Assembly (NCBI GenBank): GCA_019246335.1
Contig: JAFAQQ010000058.1
Location: 1 to 53,378 of the forward strand
DNA length: 53,378 nucleotides
Direction of reading: 5' to 3'
DNA from: Actinomycetota bacterium
Lineage (GTDB): Bacteria > Actinomycetota > Thermoleophilia > Solirubrobacterales > Thermoleophilaceae
Positions 1 to 11,034 of this stretch are shown here, piece by piece (within the stretch, counting starts at the first letter, position 1; each line of letters starts with the position of its first letter). The translations under genes were made by a program, and so were the position numbers. A model generated the notes under the pieces. That model worked only from the letters and a program-made list of their open reading frames with translations. It was not told the origin of the DNA and ran no database searches.

Positions 1-1
1 G

Positions 2-775
2 CGCGGCAACCCGCGCCTGAAGCCGCCGTTCCCCGCCAACCAGGGCCTCTACCAGGGACCGACGCTGATCAACAACGTCGAGACCCTCTGCAACGTCCCG
101 CAGATAATCGAGCGCGGCGCGAACTGGTTCAAGCAGGTCGGGACGGAGAAGTCGACCGGCACGAAGGTCGTGTCGGTGTCGGGCAACGTGCGCCGGCCGG
201 GCAACTACGAGATCGAGCTGGGCATCCCCGCGCGCGACATCGTCTACGGCCTCGCGGGGGGGCCGCCCGAGGGGCGCCGCGTGAAGTGTTGGTTCCCAGG
301 CGGGTCGTCCGCCCCGCTCCTGACCGAGGAGGACCTCGACCTGCCGTACGACTTCGAGACGATGGCGGACGCCGGCTCGATGCTCGGTTCCGGCGCGATC
401 ATCGTCGTCGACGACTCCGTCCCGATCGTCTCCCTGGCGCTGCGGACCGCGGAGTTCTACCGCCACGAGTCTTGCGGCAAGTGCACCCCCTGTCGGGAGG
501 GCACGAACTGGACCGTGAAGATGCTCGAGCGGATCGACAACGGCGAAGCGACGCCCGCCGACCTCGACGTCATGGCCGACGTCCAGACGAACATCATCGG
601 GAACTGCCTGTGCGTGCTCGGAGACTCGATGGCGATGCCGGTGGGCTCGATGATCGAGAAGTTCCGGCCCGAGTTCGAGGCGCACATCGAGGAGGCGAGG
701 CTGCAGAACGGGGGTCTACCGCTGCGCGCCCACGGGGGGCGCGCGGACGAGGCCGTCGGGAGCCCGTCCGCTTAG
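2..775 (+). CDS. nuoF: NADH-quinone oxidoreductase subunit F, C-terminal part (5' end outside window)
   Basis: Frame 2 is open from the window edge (..NNVETLCNVPQIIERGANWF..). It carries the 4Fe-4S motif ESCGKCTPCREG and is followed by nuoG-N in canonical order. Confidence 0.93.
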   Translation, partial: RGNPRLKPPFPANQGLYQGPTLINNVETLCNVPQIIERGANWFKQVGTEKSTGTKVVSVSGNVRRPGNYEIELGIPARDIVYGLAGGPPEGRRVKCWFPGGSSAPLLTEEDLDLPYDFETMADAGSMLGSGAIIVVDDSVPIVSLALRTAEFYRHESCGKCTPCREGTNWTVKMLERIDNGEATPADLDVMADVQTNIIGNCLCVLGDSMAMPVGSMIEKFRPEFEAHIEEARLQNGGLPLRAHGGRADEAVGSPSA

Positions 776-787
776 GGACCCGGACCG

Positions 788-3334
788 ATGACCTCGCCCT
801 CACAGCGCTTCGTCACGTTCGAGATCGACGGCCGGGAGGTGACCGCCCCCGAGGGCGCGATGCTCGTCGATGCCGCCAAGTACGGCGACGTGGAGATCCC
901 GGTGTTCTGCTACGAGCCGAAGCTCGGGCAGCCCGTGGGCGCCTGCCGCATGTGCCTGGTCGAGATCGAGGGGATGCCGAAGCTCCAGACGGCGTGCTCG
1001 ACCGCGGTGAAGGACGGCATGGTCGTCGTCACCACGTCGGACAAGGTCAAGTCGGCGCAGAACGCCGTGGTCGAGTTCCTGCTGGTCAACCACCCGCTCG
1101 ACTGCCCGGTGTGCGACAAGGGCGGCGAGTGCCCGTTGCAGGACATCTCGTTCGGGTGGGGCGCCGGCCGCTCGCGCTTCATCGAGCCCAAGCGGCACTT
1201 CCGCAAGCCGATCGAGCTCTCGCCGCTGGTGGCGATCGACCGCGAGCGCTGCATCCTGTGCTACCGCTGCGTCCGGTTCTCGCAGGAGATAGCCGAGGAC
1301 TACCAGCTGGTCTTCCTCGAGCGCGGCGACCACACCTACGTGGGGACGCACGACGGCCACCCGTACGTCGGACCGTTCTCGGGGAACATCACGGAGCTCT
1401 GCCCGGTCGGGGCGCTGACCAGCACCACCTACCGCTTCCGCGCGCGGCCCTGGGACATCGAGAACGCCGGGACGGTCTGCACGCTCTGCCCGAGCCAGTG
1501 CAACGTCGAGCTGACGACGCGGGACGACAACCGCGTCCTGCGCGTGATGGCGCGCGACAACACGGACGTGGACGACGGCTGGCTCTGCGACAAGGGCCGC
1601 TACGGGTTCCAGCTCTTCCACTCGCCTGACCGCATCACGCAGCCGCTGGTGCGCGACGCGGGGGAGCTTCGGCCGGTGTCGTGGGAGCGGGCGATGGACG
1701 AGGCGGTGCGGGGCCTCGACCGGGCCGGCGAGCGGGCCGCGGCGCTCGTGGGCGGCGGGGCCACCAACGAGGAGGGCTTCCTGGTCCAGTTCCTCATGCG
1801 CTCGGTCCTCGGGTCCCCGCACGTGGACTCGCGACCGGGCGCCGCTCTGGATCGCGAGCACGCGCTCGCCCTGTCGCGCCCCGACCTGAGCGCCGCGGTG
1901 GCCGACCTCGACTCGGCGTCGGCCGTGCTCGTGATCGGAGCCGAGCTCGTCGACGAGGCTCCGATCCTCGACCTCCGTGTGCGGAAGGCGGGGCGCCGCC
2001 TCGGCGTGCCGCTGGTAGTGGCGACGAGCAGGCCGAGCTCGCTCGACCCGAACGCTGCGGCGGTCGTGCGCTACGCCCCGGGCGCCGAGGAGGCGCTGCT
2101 CGGCGCGCTCGCGGCGGAGCTCTCCGGCGGCGGCGAGTCGCATCCGAGGCAGGGTCGCGCCGGGCGTGCCTCCCTGCACGAGGCCGCGGAGCAGCTCGGG
2201 ATGCGCAGGCCCTCCGGCGACTCGGAGCGCGCGCGCCTCGCCGGAGCCCGCGAGGAGGAGCTGCGAACGGCGGCGGAGGCCCTGCGCGGCGAGCGGCCGG
2301 TCGTGATCTGGAGCGAGCGTCTCACCCACGGCGAGCGCGGGAACGAGGCCGTGGCGGCGCTCCTCGCCCTCGCGCGCGCGCTTGCGCTGAACACCGGTGA
2401 CGGCGGCGGGATGATCGGCATCCCGCGCGGCGCCAACGGCCGCGGGCTGCGCGAGGTCGGCTGCGCACCGAACATGGGGCCGGGCCTGGGAGCGGTCGAC
2501 CAGGAGGGCCTGCCCGCGACGGCCCTCCCAGCCGCGCTCGGGCGGTCCATCGAGGCGCTCCTCCTGTTCCAGGCCGATCCACTGCGGACGCACCCGGATC
2601 GCTCCGCCTGGGAGAGGGCCGTGGACGACGCCGGGTTCGTCCTCGCGTTCAGCGACTTCCGCAACGAGACGGTCGAGCGGTCGGCCGACGTCGTGCTCCC
2701 CGCGGAGGCCTATGCCGAGAAGGAGGGGACCGTGACGCACCCGGACGGCAGGCTGCAGCGCTTGCGTCAGGCCGTTGGGCGCCCGGACGGCGTGCGGGCG
2801 CAGACCGAGGTCCTGCTCGAGCTCGTGAGCCGCCTGTCGGGGACTCGCTTCGAGGCCCCGCCCGCGCAGCTGACGCACCTGGTGATGGATGCCGTCCCGT
2901 TCTACCGGGGGCTGACGCTCGACCGGATCGGCGGGCGCGGCCTGCGCTGGCAGGAGACCGACGCGGCGGGCCGCCTCCCGCAGGCGCCGCTTCCCGACCG
3001 CGAGCTCGCCCGCCCGCCCGAGCCGCCCGAGGGGCTGCGGCTCGGCACGGGACCGTCGCTCTGGGCGAGCGTCGAGACCGACCACGCCGCGAGCCTGCGC
3101 TTCCTGGCCCCTCGCCAGGAGGCGCAGCTGTCGCCGGAGGACGCCGAGCGCCTCGGGGTCGCCCCCGGCGACGAGGTCGAAGTGGCCGTGAACGGCACCG
3201 GCGTGCGCGCCCGGGCCGCGCTGCGCTCGAACGTCCCCGCCGGCAGCGTCTTCCTGATCGAGGGGACGCGTGAGGACAACGCCAACGCCCTCACTGACGG
3301 CGGCCCGCGCACCGTGGAGGTCCGAAAGGCGTGA
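788..3334 (+). CDS. nuoG: NADH-quinone oxidoreductase subunit G (848 aa)
   Basis: ATG at 788. N-terminal Fe-S motifs [28 protein letters not shown] and [10 protein letters not shown], followed by a molybdopterin-oxidoreductase-like body. Confidence 0.95.
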   Translation: MTSPSQRFVTFEIDGREVTAPEGAMLVDAAKYGDVEIPVFCYEPKLGQPVGACRMCLVEIEGMPKLQTACSTAVKDGMVVVTTSDKVKSAQNAVVEFLLVNHPLDCPVCDKGGECPLQDISFGWGAGRSRFIEPKRHFRKPIELSPLVAIDRERCILCYRCVRFSQEIAEDYQLVFLERGDHTYVGTHDGHPYVGPFSGNITELCPVGALTSTTYRFRARPWDIENAGTVCTLCPSQCNVELTTRDDNRVLRVMARDNTDVDDGWLCDKGRYGFQLFHSPDRITQPLVRDAGELRPVSWERAMDEAVRGLDRAGERAAALVGGGATNEEGFLVQFLMRSVLGSPHVDSRPGAALDREHALALSRPDLSAAVADLDSASAVLVIGAELVDEAPILDLRVRKAGRRLGVPLVVATSRPSSLDPNAAAVVRYAPGAEEALLGALAAELSGGGESHPRQGRAGRASLHEAAEQLGMRRPSGDSERARLAGAREEELRTAAEALRGERPVVIWSERLTHGERGNEAVAALLALARALALNTGDGGGMIGIPRGANGRGLREVGCAPNMGPGLGAVDQEGLPATALPAALGRSIEALLLFQADPLRTHPDRSAWERAVDDAGFVLAFSDFRNETVERSADVVLPAEAYAEKEGTVTHPDGRLQRLRQAVGRPDGVRAQTEVLLELVSRLSGTRFEAPPAQLTHLVMDAVPFYRGLTLDRIGGRGLRWQETDAAGRLPQAPLPDRELARPPEPPEGLRLGTGPSLWASVETDHAASLRFLAPRQEAQLSPEDAERLGVAPGDEVEVAVNGTGVRARAALRSNVPAGSVFLIEGTREDNANALTDGGPRTVEVRKA

Positions 3335-4350
3335 CCGCGCTCCCCCTCGCATCCGTGTCGTTCGTCGAGTCGACGGGCGTGCAGATCGTCAAGGCGATCG
3401 TGATCTTCGCGTTCGTCCTCGTCGTCGTGCCGCTGATCCTGCTGCTCGAGCGCAAGCTGCTCGGCCGGTTCCAGGCGCGCCTCGGACCGAATCGCGTGGG
3501 CCCCTTCGGCCTCCTGCAGCCGCTGGCCGACGTGCTGAAGCTCCTGTCGAAGGAGCGCTTCACCCCGCGCACGGCGGTCCCGTGGATGATGGCCATGGCG
3601 CCGGCGATCTCGATCTTCACGGCGGTGGTCACGCTCGCGATCATCCCGTTCGGAGACGTCCGCCACAACGCGCTCTTCGGCGCCAGCTACGGCCTGTACG
3701 GCATCGACGTCTCGATCGGGATCCTCTGGGCATTCGCGTTCGGGGCGCTCGCCTTCTATGGCCTGATGCTCGGCGGCTGGGCGTCGGGGTCGAAGTACTC
3801 GTTCCTCGGCGCGATGCGATCTGCCGCGCAGCTGATCTCCTACGAGGTCTCGCTCGGGCTCTCGCTCGTGGGCGTCGTCATCACCGCCGGGTCGCTGTCG
3901 CTGACGGAGATCGTCAACAGCCAGGACCACATCTGGTACGTGGTGCCGCAGTTCGTGGGGTTCTGCATCTTCATGGTCGCCGCCTTCGCGGAGACCAACC
4001 GCCCGCCGTTCGACCTGCCGGAGGCCGACGCCGAGATCGTCGCGGGCTACAACACCGAGTTCGGCGGGATGCGCTTCGGCTCGTTCTTCATGGCCGAGTA
4101 CATCAACATGGTCGCGATCGCGGGCATCGCGACCGCGATGTTCCTCGGCGGCTGGCACGGGCCCGGTCCCGGGTGGCTCGACCCCATCTGGGTGATCGTG
4201 AAGATGCTCCTGTTCGTCGTGCTGTTCATCTGGATCCGCGCGACGCTGCCGCGGCTCCGCTACGACCAGCTGATGGCGTTCGGCTGGAAGGTCCTCCTTC
4301 CGCTCGCGACGCTCAACGCGCTCGTCACCGCGATCGTGGTGTCCGCGTGA
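3331..4350 (+). CDS. nuoH: NADH-quinone oxidoreductase subunit H
   Basis: GTG at 3331 overlaps the nuoG stop (GTGA). Polytopic protein with the conserved [28 protein letters not shown] motif. Confidence 0.95.
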   Translation: MTALPLASVSFVESTGVQIVKAIVIFAFVLVVVPLILLLERKLLGRFQARLGPNRVGPFGLLQPLADVLKLLSKERFTPRTAVPWMMAMAPAISIFTAVVTLAIIPFGDVRHNALFGASYGLYGIDVSIGILWAFAFGALAFYGLMLGGWASGSKYSFLGAMRSAAQLISYEVSLGLSLVGVVITAGSLSLTEIVNSQDHIWYVVPQFVGFCIFMVAAFAETNRPPFDLPEADAEIVAGYNTEFGGMRFGSFFMAEYINMVAIAGIATAMFLGGWHGPGPGWLDPIWVIVKMLLFVVLFIWIRATLPRLRYDQLMAFGWKVLLPLATLNALVTAIVVSA

Positions 4351-4880
4351 CCTGGAGCCCGAGCAGGGACGTGATCGAGGTCCAGCGCGGGCCGGACCCG
4401 GGCGGCCTCGGCGGCGCGTACCGGGCGTTCGGCGAGACGCTGCGCGGACTCAAGACCACGTTCGGGCGGCTCGTCGAAGGGCCCGTGACGCTGCAGTACC
4501 CCGAGGAGAAGACGCCGGTCTACCCGCGCTTCCGCGGGCGGCACCGTCTGCACCGGTTCGAGGACACGGGGCTCGAGAAGTGCGTGGGGTGCTCACTCTG
4601 CGCGGCGGCGTGCCCGGCCGAGTGCATCCGGGTCGTCGCCGCGGAGAACACTCCGGAGCACCAGGTGTCGGCCGGGGAGCGCTACGCGGCGGTGTACGAG
4701 ATCAACATGACGCGCTGCATCTTCTGCGGCTACTGCGAGATGGCGTGCCCGTTCGACGCGATCACGATGGGCAACGACTACGAGCTCGCGGACTACACCC
4801 GCTCGGACCTGATCTTCACGAAGGAGATGCTGCTGGCGGACCCCGTCGAGCGGACGCCGCTGCGGCGAGAGGGCGAATAG
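4347..4880 (+). CDS. nuoI: NADH-quinone oxidoreductase subunit I (2x 4Fe-4S ferredoxin)
   Basis: GTG at 4347 overlaps the nuoH stop (GTGA). Two cluster motifs, [12 protein letters not shown] and [12 protein letters not shown]. The rest of the 3270..4880 ORF is an off-frame extension over nuoH. Confidence 0.9.
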   Translation: MTWSPSRDVIEVQRGPDPGGLGGAYRAFGETLRGLKTTFGRLVEGPVTLQYPEEKTPVYPRFRGRHRLHRFEDTGLEKCVGCSLCAAACPAECIRVVAAENTPEHQVSAGERYAAVYEINMTRCIFCGYCEMACPFDAITMGNDYELADYTRSDLIFTKEMLLADPVERTPLRREGE

Positions 4881-4893
4881 AGGCACGCGGCCG

Positions 4894-5610
4894 GTGTTGC
4901 TCGAGCAGATCCTGTTCTTCGTGGCGGCAGCCGGGGCCATCGGCGGCGCGCTCGGGGTCGTCCTGCTGCGCAACCCGTTCTTCAGTGTGCTCGCCCTCGT
5001 CGGTCACCTCATCTCGCTCGCGCTCCTGTTCCTCCTCCTCCGCGCCGAGTTCATCGCGGCGGCCCAGCTCGTGGTGTACGCCGGCGCGGTGATGGTCCTC
5101 TACGTGTTCGTGGTCGCATACGTCGGGGGCATCGAGGAGGCCGTCGGCGGTGAGGGGGCGATCGGCAGGCTCGGACCGCTGTTCGCGGGGGCGCTCCTCA
5201 TCGAGCTGTGCATCGCGATCGTCGGCTCGGCGCTGCCGGCGATCGACTCCCGCGGCGCCCACGTGCCCGCCGGGTTCGGCTCGCCCGGCGCGATCGGGAA
5301 GGTCCTCCTCGAGCGGTTCCTCGTCCCGTTCGAGGCCGCGTCCTTCCTGCTTCTCGTGGCCGCGGTTGGCGCCGTGGTGCTCGCGCGCCGCCGGCGCGGG
5401 CTCGAAGACGCGCCCGATGACGAGCTGCCCGAGCGCGCCGGCCGGGCGCCGCTCGGGGACCCGTCAGGGCGGGAACGCGCCGACGGCGGCGACGAGGGGC
5501 CGCCCGCCGGCACGGCCGAGGGGCCGGGCGACCCGACCCCCGAGCGCGATGCGGAGCGGCCCGACCCAGTCCGGGATCCCGAGCCGCAGCCCGCAGGGGG
5601 GACCGCCTAG
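4894..5610 (+). CDS. nuoJ: NADH-quinone oxidoreductase subunit J, with acidic/Pro-rich C-terminal tail
   Basis: GTG at 4894. Hydrophobic core of about 165 aa in the nuoJ position between nuoI and nuoK. Confidence 0.85.
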   Translation: MLLEQILFFVAAAGAIGGALGVVLLRNPFFSVLALVGHLISLALLFLLLRAEFIAAAQLVVYAGAVMVLYVFVVAYVGGIEEAVGGEGAIGRLGPLFAGALLIELCIAIVGSALPAIDSRGAHVPAGFGSPGAIGKVLLERFLVPFEAASFLLLVAAVGAVVLARRRRGLEDAPDDELPERAGRAPLGDPSGRERADGGDEGPPAGTAEGPGDPTPERDAERPDPVRDPEPQPAGGTA

Positions 5611-5910
5611 ATGGGCATCGCGTGGTTCCTGGCGCTATCGGCGTTCATCTTCTGCATCGGCGCGGGCGGTGTGATCACGCGGCGCAACCCGCTCGTGATC
5701 CTGCTCTGCCTCGAGCTGATGCTGAACGCCGGGAACCTCGCGCTCCTGTCGTTCTCGCGCATGGTCGGCAATCGCGACGGGCAGGTGTTCGCCCTGATCG
5801 TGATGGTCGTCGCGGCGTGTGAGGTGGTCGTGGGCCTCGGGCTGATCGTCGCCATGTACCGCCGGCGGCTGCCGATCGACGTCGACGAGGTCTCGGAGCT
5901 GCGCGGGTGA
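5611..5910 (+). CDS. nuoK: NADH-quinone oxidoreductase subunit K
   Basis: 99 aa with three TM segments, contains LCLELMLNAGNLA, and sits in the expected position. Confidence 0.93.
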   Translation: MGIAWFLALSAFIFCIGAGGVITRRNPLVILLCLELMLNAGNLALLSFSRMVGNRDGQVFALIVMVVAACEVVVGLGLIVAMYRRRLPIDVDEVSELRG

Positions 5911-7916
5911 CCGCCGCCGGCTGGGGTTGGCTGATCCTCGCGATCCCGCTGGCCGGGTGCGTCTTCGTAAGCCTTGGGTGGCGCGCCCTGCCGGGTCGCT
6001 CCGCGGGGTGGATCGCGAGTGCCGCGGTCCTCGGAGCCTTTGCCAGCGCGATCGGCGCTTTCGTCTCACTCCAGCAGCGTCCGCCCGCCGCGCGGCACGT
6101 CGTGTCGATCGCCTACTCCTACGCGCACACCGCGGGGGTGAACGTCGACCTCGGGATCCTCGTCGACCCGCTCTCGGTGTTCATGGCGCTCGTCGTCTCC
6201 GGCGTCTCGTTCCTCATCCACGTCTACTCCGTCTCGTACATGACGTCGGACCGCGGCTACGCGCGCTACTTCGCCTACCTCAACTACTTCGTGTTCTCGA
6301 TGCTGCTGCTGGTGATGGCGGGCAACTTCGTCCTGCTCATCGTCGGCTGGGCGTTCGTCGGCGCGGCGTCGTACCTCCTGATCTCCTTCTGGTACCGCCG
6401 GACAACCGCCACGGCCGCGGGGATCAAGGCGTTCGTGATCAACGTGATCGGCGACGTCGGGATGGTCGTCGGGGCGTTCCTCCTGTTCCGGCACGTCCAC
6501 GCGCTCGACTACGGGCATGTTTTCGCGCGCAGCGCCCACGTGTTCTCGGTCGACGACGGAACGCTCGTCGCGGCCTGCCTGCTGTTCCTGGTCGGCGCCT
6601 TCGCGAAGTCGGCGCAGCTGCCGCTGCACACGTGGCTACCGGACGCGATGGAGGGCCCCACGCCGGTGTCGGCGCTCATCCACGCGGCGACGATGGTCAC
6701 CGCCGGCGTGTACCTGATCGCGCGGCTGCACCCGCTCTTCGAGCGCGCGCCCACCGCGGCCGACGTCGCCGCGGTGATCGGGTGCGCGACGCTGATCTTC
6801 GCGGCCACCGTGGCGCTCGTGGTCACCGACCTCAAGCGTGTGATCGCGTACTCGACGATCTCGCAGATCGGCTACATGGTCCTGGGCGTCTCGACGTTCG
6901 CGTACGCCGCCGGGCTCTTCCACCTGATGACGCACGCGTTCTTCAAGGCGCTCCTTTTCATGGGGGCCGGCTCCGTGATCGGGGCCATGGGCGGCGAGCA
7001 GTCCCTCGACAAGATGGGCGGCTTCCGGCGGGCGATGCCGTTCACGTTCGTGGCGTTCACCGTCGGGGCCCTCGCGCTGGGGGCCTTCCCTTTGATGTCC
7101 GGCCTCTTCTCGAAGGACGCGATCCTCGCCTTCGCGCTGCACCGAGGCGGCGGATACGCCGTTCTCGCCGTCCTCGGCTACCTGGCCGCCCTCGTGACCG
7201 CCTTCTACGCGTTCCGGATGGTGTTCCGGGTGTTCTGGGGTGATCGCGTGCCGCAGGCGGAATCGCTCGAGCGCGGCGAGCTCTGGCACGGCGAGCACTT
7301 CAACCCGGCGACGGGCGAGGAGGAGGACACGGACGTCGGCTTCCCGGGGCCCGAGCACCACATCGCCGAGCGGGAGGTGCCGATGCGATTCGCGATGGGC
7401 CTGCTGGCGGTCCTGTCGGTGGTCGGGGGGGTCGTGGCGATTCCGGGGGTCACGAGCTGGCTCGAGAACTTCCTGCGTCCGGCGTTCTCCGACTCGCGCT
7501 ACTTCGAGCAGGCCCCGACGCACTCGGCCGAGTGGGTCGGGCTGGCGGCCGGCGCCGTTGTCGGGGTCGCGGGGATCGCGCTCGCGTACACGTTTTATGT
7601 CCGGCGCCGCGGATTCACGCTCGAGCTGCGTGACCGCTTCCCGCGGCTGCACGGGTTCCTCGAAGGCACGTGGTACTTCGACGAGCTCTACGACGCGTTG
7701 TTCGTCCGGCCGGCCGCGCGCTTCGGGCGCTTTGGCCGGACGGTCGTGGAGAGCGCGTTCGTCCAGGGCGTCGTGATCGGCGGGGCGTCGGGGGTCGTGC
7801 GAAGCGCGAGCGCGATCGCGCGCGGCCTCGAGTCCGGCCTGCTCCGTGGGTACGCGCTGCTGCTCTTGGCGGGGCTCGGCGGTCTCGCCCTCTACTTCCT
7901 ACTGGTGTCGTCGTGA
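5907..7916 (+). CDS. nuoL: NADH-quinone oxidoreductase subunit L
   Basis: GTGA overlap with nuoK. Antiporter-like motif HTWLPDAMEGPTPVSALIHAATMVTAGVYL. Confidence 0.95.
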   Translation: MTAAGWGWLILAIPLAGCVFVSLGWRALPGRSAGWIASAAVLGAFASAIGAFVSLQQRPPAARHVVSIAYSYAHTAGVNVDLGILVDPLSVFMALVVSGVSFLIHVYSVSYMTSDRGYARYFAYLNYFVFSMLLLVMAGNFVLLIVGWAFVGAASYLLISFWYRRTTATAAGIKAFVINVIGDVGMVVGAFLLFRHVHALDYGHVFARSAHVFSVDDGTLVAACLLFLVGAFAKSAQLPLHTWLPDAMEGPTPVSALIHAATMVTAGVYLIARLHPLFERAPTAADVAAVIGCATLIFAATVALVVTDLKRVIAYSTISQIGYMVLGVSTFAYAAGLFHLMTHAFFKALLFMGAGSVIGAMGGEQSLDKMGGFRRAMPFTFVAFTVGALALGAFPLMSGLFSKDAILAFALHRGGGYAVLAVLGYLAALVTAFYAFRMVFRVFWGDRVPQAESLERGELWHGEHFNPATGEEEDTDVGFPGPEHHIAEREVPMRFAMGLLAVLSVVGGVVAIPGVTSWLENFLRPAFSDSRYFEQAPTHSAEWVGLAAGAVVGVAGIALAYTFYVRRRGFTLELRDRFPRLHGFLEGTWYFDELYDALFVRPAARFGRFGRTVVESAFVQGVVIGGASGVVRSASAIARGLESGLLRGYALLLLAGLGGLALYFLLVSS

Positions 7917-9469
7917 GCGTCCCGCTGTCGGTCACGATCTTCCTGCCGCTCGCGGCCGGGCTCGCGGGCGCCGTGCTGCCGCGGGGATGGGCGCGCTGGA
8001 CCGTGCTCGCCGCGGCGCTCGCGGTGCTCGGGATCGCCATCTGGATGGTGGCGGACTACCCCGCGGGAGGCGCCGGCCTCCGTGACCTGACGAACCAGCA
8101 GTGGATCCCGGAGCTCGGCATCCGCTACTCGCTCGGGGTGGACGGCCTCAACGTCTTCCTCATCGCCCTCACCGCGCTGCTCTGGGTCGCGGCCACCGCG
8201 GCCGCCTGCTTCCGCGAGTGGGACCGCCCGCGGCTCTTCTACTTCCACATGGCGCTGGCCGAGACCGCCGTGCTCGGCGCGTTCTGCGCGCAGGACCTGG
8301 CGCTGTTCGTCTTCTTCTTCGACCTGATGCTGGTCCCGTTCTACTTCCTGATCGGCTCGTGGGGCGGCCGTCAGCGGGTGCGGGCCACGACCAAGCTCGT
8401 GATCTACACCCTCGTCGGCTCGCTGCTGATGCTCGCGGGCGCGGTGGCTCTCGGCGTGCTGGCGACGCCGGCGGGGGGACACGTGTCGTTCGCGCTGCCG
8501 GTGCTGGCCCACCGCCTCGTCGGGAAGGGCACGCAGGAGTGGATCTTCCTGCTGTTCGCCGCGGCGTTCCTCGTCAAGGCGCCGGCCTTCCCGTTCCACG
8601 GGTGGATGCCGGACGCCTACCGGGCGGCGCCGATCCCGGTGCTGGTCGTGTTCTCGGCCGTCCTGTCGAAGGTCGGGATGTACGGGTTCCTGCGGATCGT
8701 CGTGCCGCTGCTCCCGCAGGCGGCGCAGCATTACCAGACGCTGATGATCGTCATCGCGGTGGTGTCGATCCTGTACGGCTCGGCGCTGGCGTTCTCCCAG
8801 GACGATGCGCGGCTCGTCGTCGGCTACTCGTCCGTCGCCCAGCTCGGCTTCATCCTGCTCGGGATCTTCGCTCTCGACGTCGAGGGCAAGGGGGCGCAGG
8901 GCGCGGTGCTGCAGATGGTCAACCACGGGCTCGTCGTGGCCCCCCTGTTCCTCATCATCTGGGCGCTTTCGGCGCGGGCGGGGGGTTCGGAGTCGCTCGG
9001 CAGGATGGGAGGCGTCGCGTTCCGCGCACCCGCGCTCGCGGGCTTGTTCCTGATCGTGGCCCTGGCGACGCTCGCCATGCCCGGCTCCGCGAACTTCGTC
9101 GGTGAGCTTCTGATCCTGTTCGGGACGTTCTCCACCAAGCTCGCCTTCGGCCTGGTCGCAAGCGCGGGGGTGGCCCTGGCCGCGGTCTACATGATCCGGA
9201 TGTACCAGCGGTCGATGCACAACCGCGTGGGCGCGGCCGTCGAATCGCGTGACGTCACGCGCGGCGAGCTGGTCACGATCGCGCCGCTTGTGGCGGTGAT
9301 CGTCGCGCTCGGCGTCTATCCGCACTTCGTCGTGGCGCGCACGGAGCGGTCGACGGTGCGTCAGGAGCGGCCCGCGGCGTCACTCGAGCACGCAAGCGAG
9401 ACCGGGGGGCAGGCGTCCGTGCCGCCCGCAGGCACGGCCGAGCTCGGGCCGCTCGGGAGGGCGCCGTGA
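7913..9469 (+). CDS. nuoM: NADH-quinone oxidoreductase subunit M
   Basis: GTG at 7913 overlaps the nuoL stop. Contains FPFHGWMPDAYRAAPIPVLVVFSAVLSKVGMYGFLR. The upstream part of the 7670..9469 ORF is an off-frame extension. Confidence 0.92.
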   Translation: MSVPLSVTIFLPLAAGLAGAVLPRGWARWTVLAAALAVLGIAIWMVADYPAGGAGLRDLTNQQWIPELGIRYSLGVDGLNVFLIALTALLWVAATAAACFREWDRPRLFYFHMALAETAVLGAFCAQDLALFVFFFDLMLVPFYFLIGSWGGRQRVRATTKLVIYTLVGSLLMLAGAVALGVLATPAGGHVSFALPVLAHRLVGKGTQEWIFLLFAAAFLVKAPAFPFHGWMPDAYRAAPIPVLVVFSAVLSKVGMYGFLRIVVPLLPQAAQHYQTLMIVIAVVSILYGSALAFSQDDARLVVGYSSVAQLGFILLGIFALDVEGKGAQGAVLQMVNHGLVVAPLFLIIWALSARAGGSESLGRMGGVAFRAPALAGLFLIVALATLAMPGSANFVGELLILFGTFSTKLAFGLVASAGVALAAVYMIRMYQRSMHNRVGAAVESRDVTRGELVTIAPLVAVIVALGVYPHFVVARTERSTVRQERPAASLEHASETGGQASVPPAGTAELGPLGRAP

Positions 9470-11034
9470 TCGGGGCCGTCCACTCGCAGCTGGGGCCCTT
9501 CCACGCGCCGCACGTGGACTGGAAGGGAATGTCGCCGCTCCTGTCCGTGCTCGGCGGCTCGGCGGCGGTCCTGATCGCCGGCCTCTTCCCGGGCCGGCGC
9601 ACCCAGCGGGTGGTGGTCCCGGTCCTCGCCATCGCGGCGCTCATCGCGGCGATCGGCCTCACGGTGTGGATCTGGGAGCCCGGCGGCGTACGGCCGATCG
9701 TGGCGGGCGCGCTGTCGGTGGACACGCTGGCGCTCGGTGTCTCCGTCCTGTTCTACGTGGCGGGCATCGCGACGATCCTGCTTTCGCTTCGCTCGGCCGT
9801 CGTGCGCGAGTGCGGCGCGGGCGAGTACGCCTCGCTCCTGCTCGGATCGATCGGCGGGATGGTCCTGCTGGCGGGCGCCCAGAACCTCGTGACGATCTTC
9901 ATCGGGCTCGAGCTGCTGTCGATTCCGCTGTACATCCTCTGCGGCAGCCGGGTCCGGCAGGAGCACTCGCTCGAGGCGGGGCTCAAGTACCTGATCGTCG
10001 GCTCCGTCGGATCGGCCACGCTCCTCTACGGACTGGCGCTCCTCTACGGCGCGACCGGGTCCACCTCCCTCTCCGTGATCGGGCACGCGGTCGGCACGCG
10101 CGTTCCGCTCGACGACCCGCTCGTCCTGACCGGGGTCGCCCTGGCTGCCACCGGGCTGGCCTTCAAGGCGTCAATCGCGCCATTCCACACCTGGACGCCC
10201 GACGTGTACCAGGGGGCGCCGACGCCGGTCACGACGTTCATGGCCGTCGCCACCAAGGCCGCGGCGTTCGCGATCCTGCTCCGGCTGTTCGACGAGGGCC
10301 TCATCTCGGACCGGACGAACTGGGGCCCTGCGCTCGCCGCGCTCGCGGTGGCGTCGATCGTGATCGGGAACGCCGGGGCGATCGGGCAGCGGTCGATGAA
10401 GCGCCTGCTCGCGTGGTCGGGCGTGGCTCAGGCGGGCTACATCCTGGCCGGGGTCGTGGTCGGCACCCGCCTGGGGATCCAGACGAGCGCGTTCTACCTG
10501 GCGATCTACCTCCCCATGAACGTGGCGGCGTTCGCCGTGGTGATCGCGCGGATGCGCGTCTCCGAGCGAGGCGACGACATGGCCGCCCTCGAAGGCCTCG
10601 GTCGATCGAGTCCGTGGCTCGCCTGGCCGATGACGATCGCCATGCTCGCGCTGGCCGGCTTCCCGGCCACGGCCGGGTTCATCGGAAAGTTCTATTTGAT
10701 CGACGCCACGGTCGCGGGGGGCTACGCCTGGCTCGGAGTGGCGATCGTGATCGGCTCGATGATCTCGCTCGTGTACTACCTGCGGGTGATCGCGGTGATG
10801 TGGATGTCGCCCAGCGAGGTCGAGGTGCCCGCCCCGGCCCCGGCGCGCGCGTCGCCGAGCCGCCGCGTCCGGTCCGTCGCGGGCTGGTCCCCCGAGGCGG
10901 ACGTCCGCGCGCAGCCGGAGGTGGCGTTCGTGGCCATCGCCTGCGCGGCGGCGACGGTCTTCTTCGGGATCGTGCCGGAGCCCCTGCTCCACCTGGCACG
11001 CGAGGTGGGCAGCGCGATCAGCTCGGCGCTCTAG
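9466..11034 (+). CDS. nuoN: NADH-quinone oxidoreductase subunit N
   Basis: GTGA overlap with nuoM. Contains PFHTWTPDVYQGAPTPVTTFMAVATKAAAF. Confidence 0.94.
   Translation: MIGAVHSQLGPFHAPHVDWKGMSPLLSVLGGSAAVLIAGLFPGRRTQRVVVPVLAIAALIAAIGLTVWIWEPGGVRPIVAGALSVDTLALGVSVLFYVAGIATILLSLRSAVVRECGAGEYASLLLGSIGGMVLLAGAQNLVTIFIGLELLSIPLYILCGSRVRQEHSLEAGLKYLIVGSVGSATLLYGLALLYGATGSTSLSVIGHAVGTRVPLDDPLVLTGVALAATGLAFKASIAPFHTWTPDVYQGAPTPVTTFMAVATKAAAFAILLRLFDEGLISDRTNWGPALAALAVASIVIGNAGAIGQRSMKRLLAWSGVAQAGYILAGVVVGTRLGIQTSAFYLAIYLPMNVAAFAVVIARMRVSERGDDMAALEGLGRSSPWLAWPMTIAMLALAGFPATAGFIGKFYLIDATVAGGYAWLGVAIVIGSMISLVYYLRVIAVMWMSPSEVEVPAPAPARASPSRRVRSVAGWSPEADVRAQPEVAFVAIACAAATVFFGIVPEPLLHLAREVGSAISSAL

Noticed and set aside
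800-3352. 850-aa minus-strand ORF opposite nuoG, with similar long ORFs at 286-1629, 2902-4158, 7892-9325 and 9666-11357
   Set aside because: They are antisense or alternative-frame shadows of nuo genes, with Arg/Pro/Gly-dominated composition and no motifs.
3270-4346. Long N-terminal extensions of track ORFs containing nuoI (from 3270), nuoM (from 7670), thyX (to 16288), ycnI-like (to 32685), the 225-aa protein (to 35697), helicase (to 42212), cyclophilin (to 40494) and MCE genes
   Set aside because: The extensions overlap the preceding genes and are compositionally aberrant. Internal starts give canonical N-termini, RBSs or GTGA/ATGA coupling.
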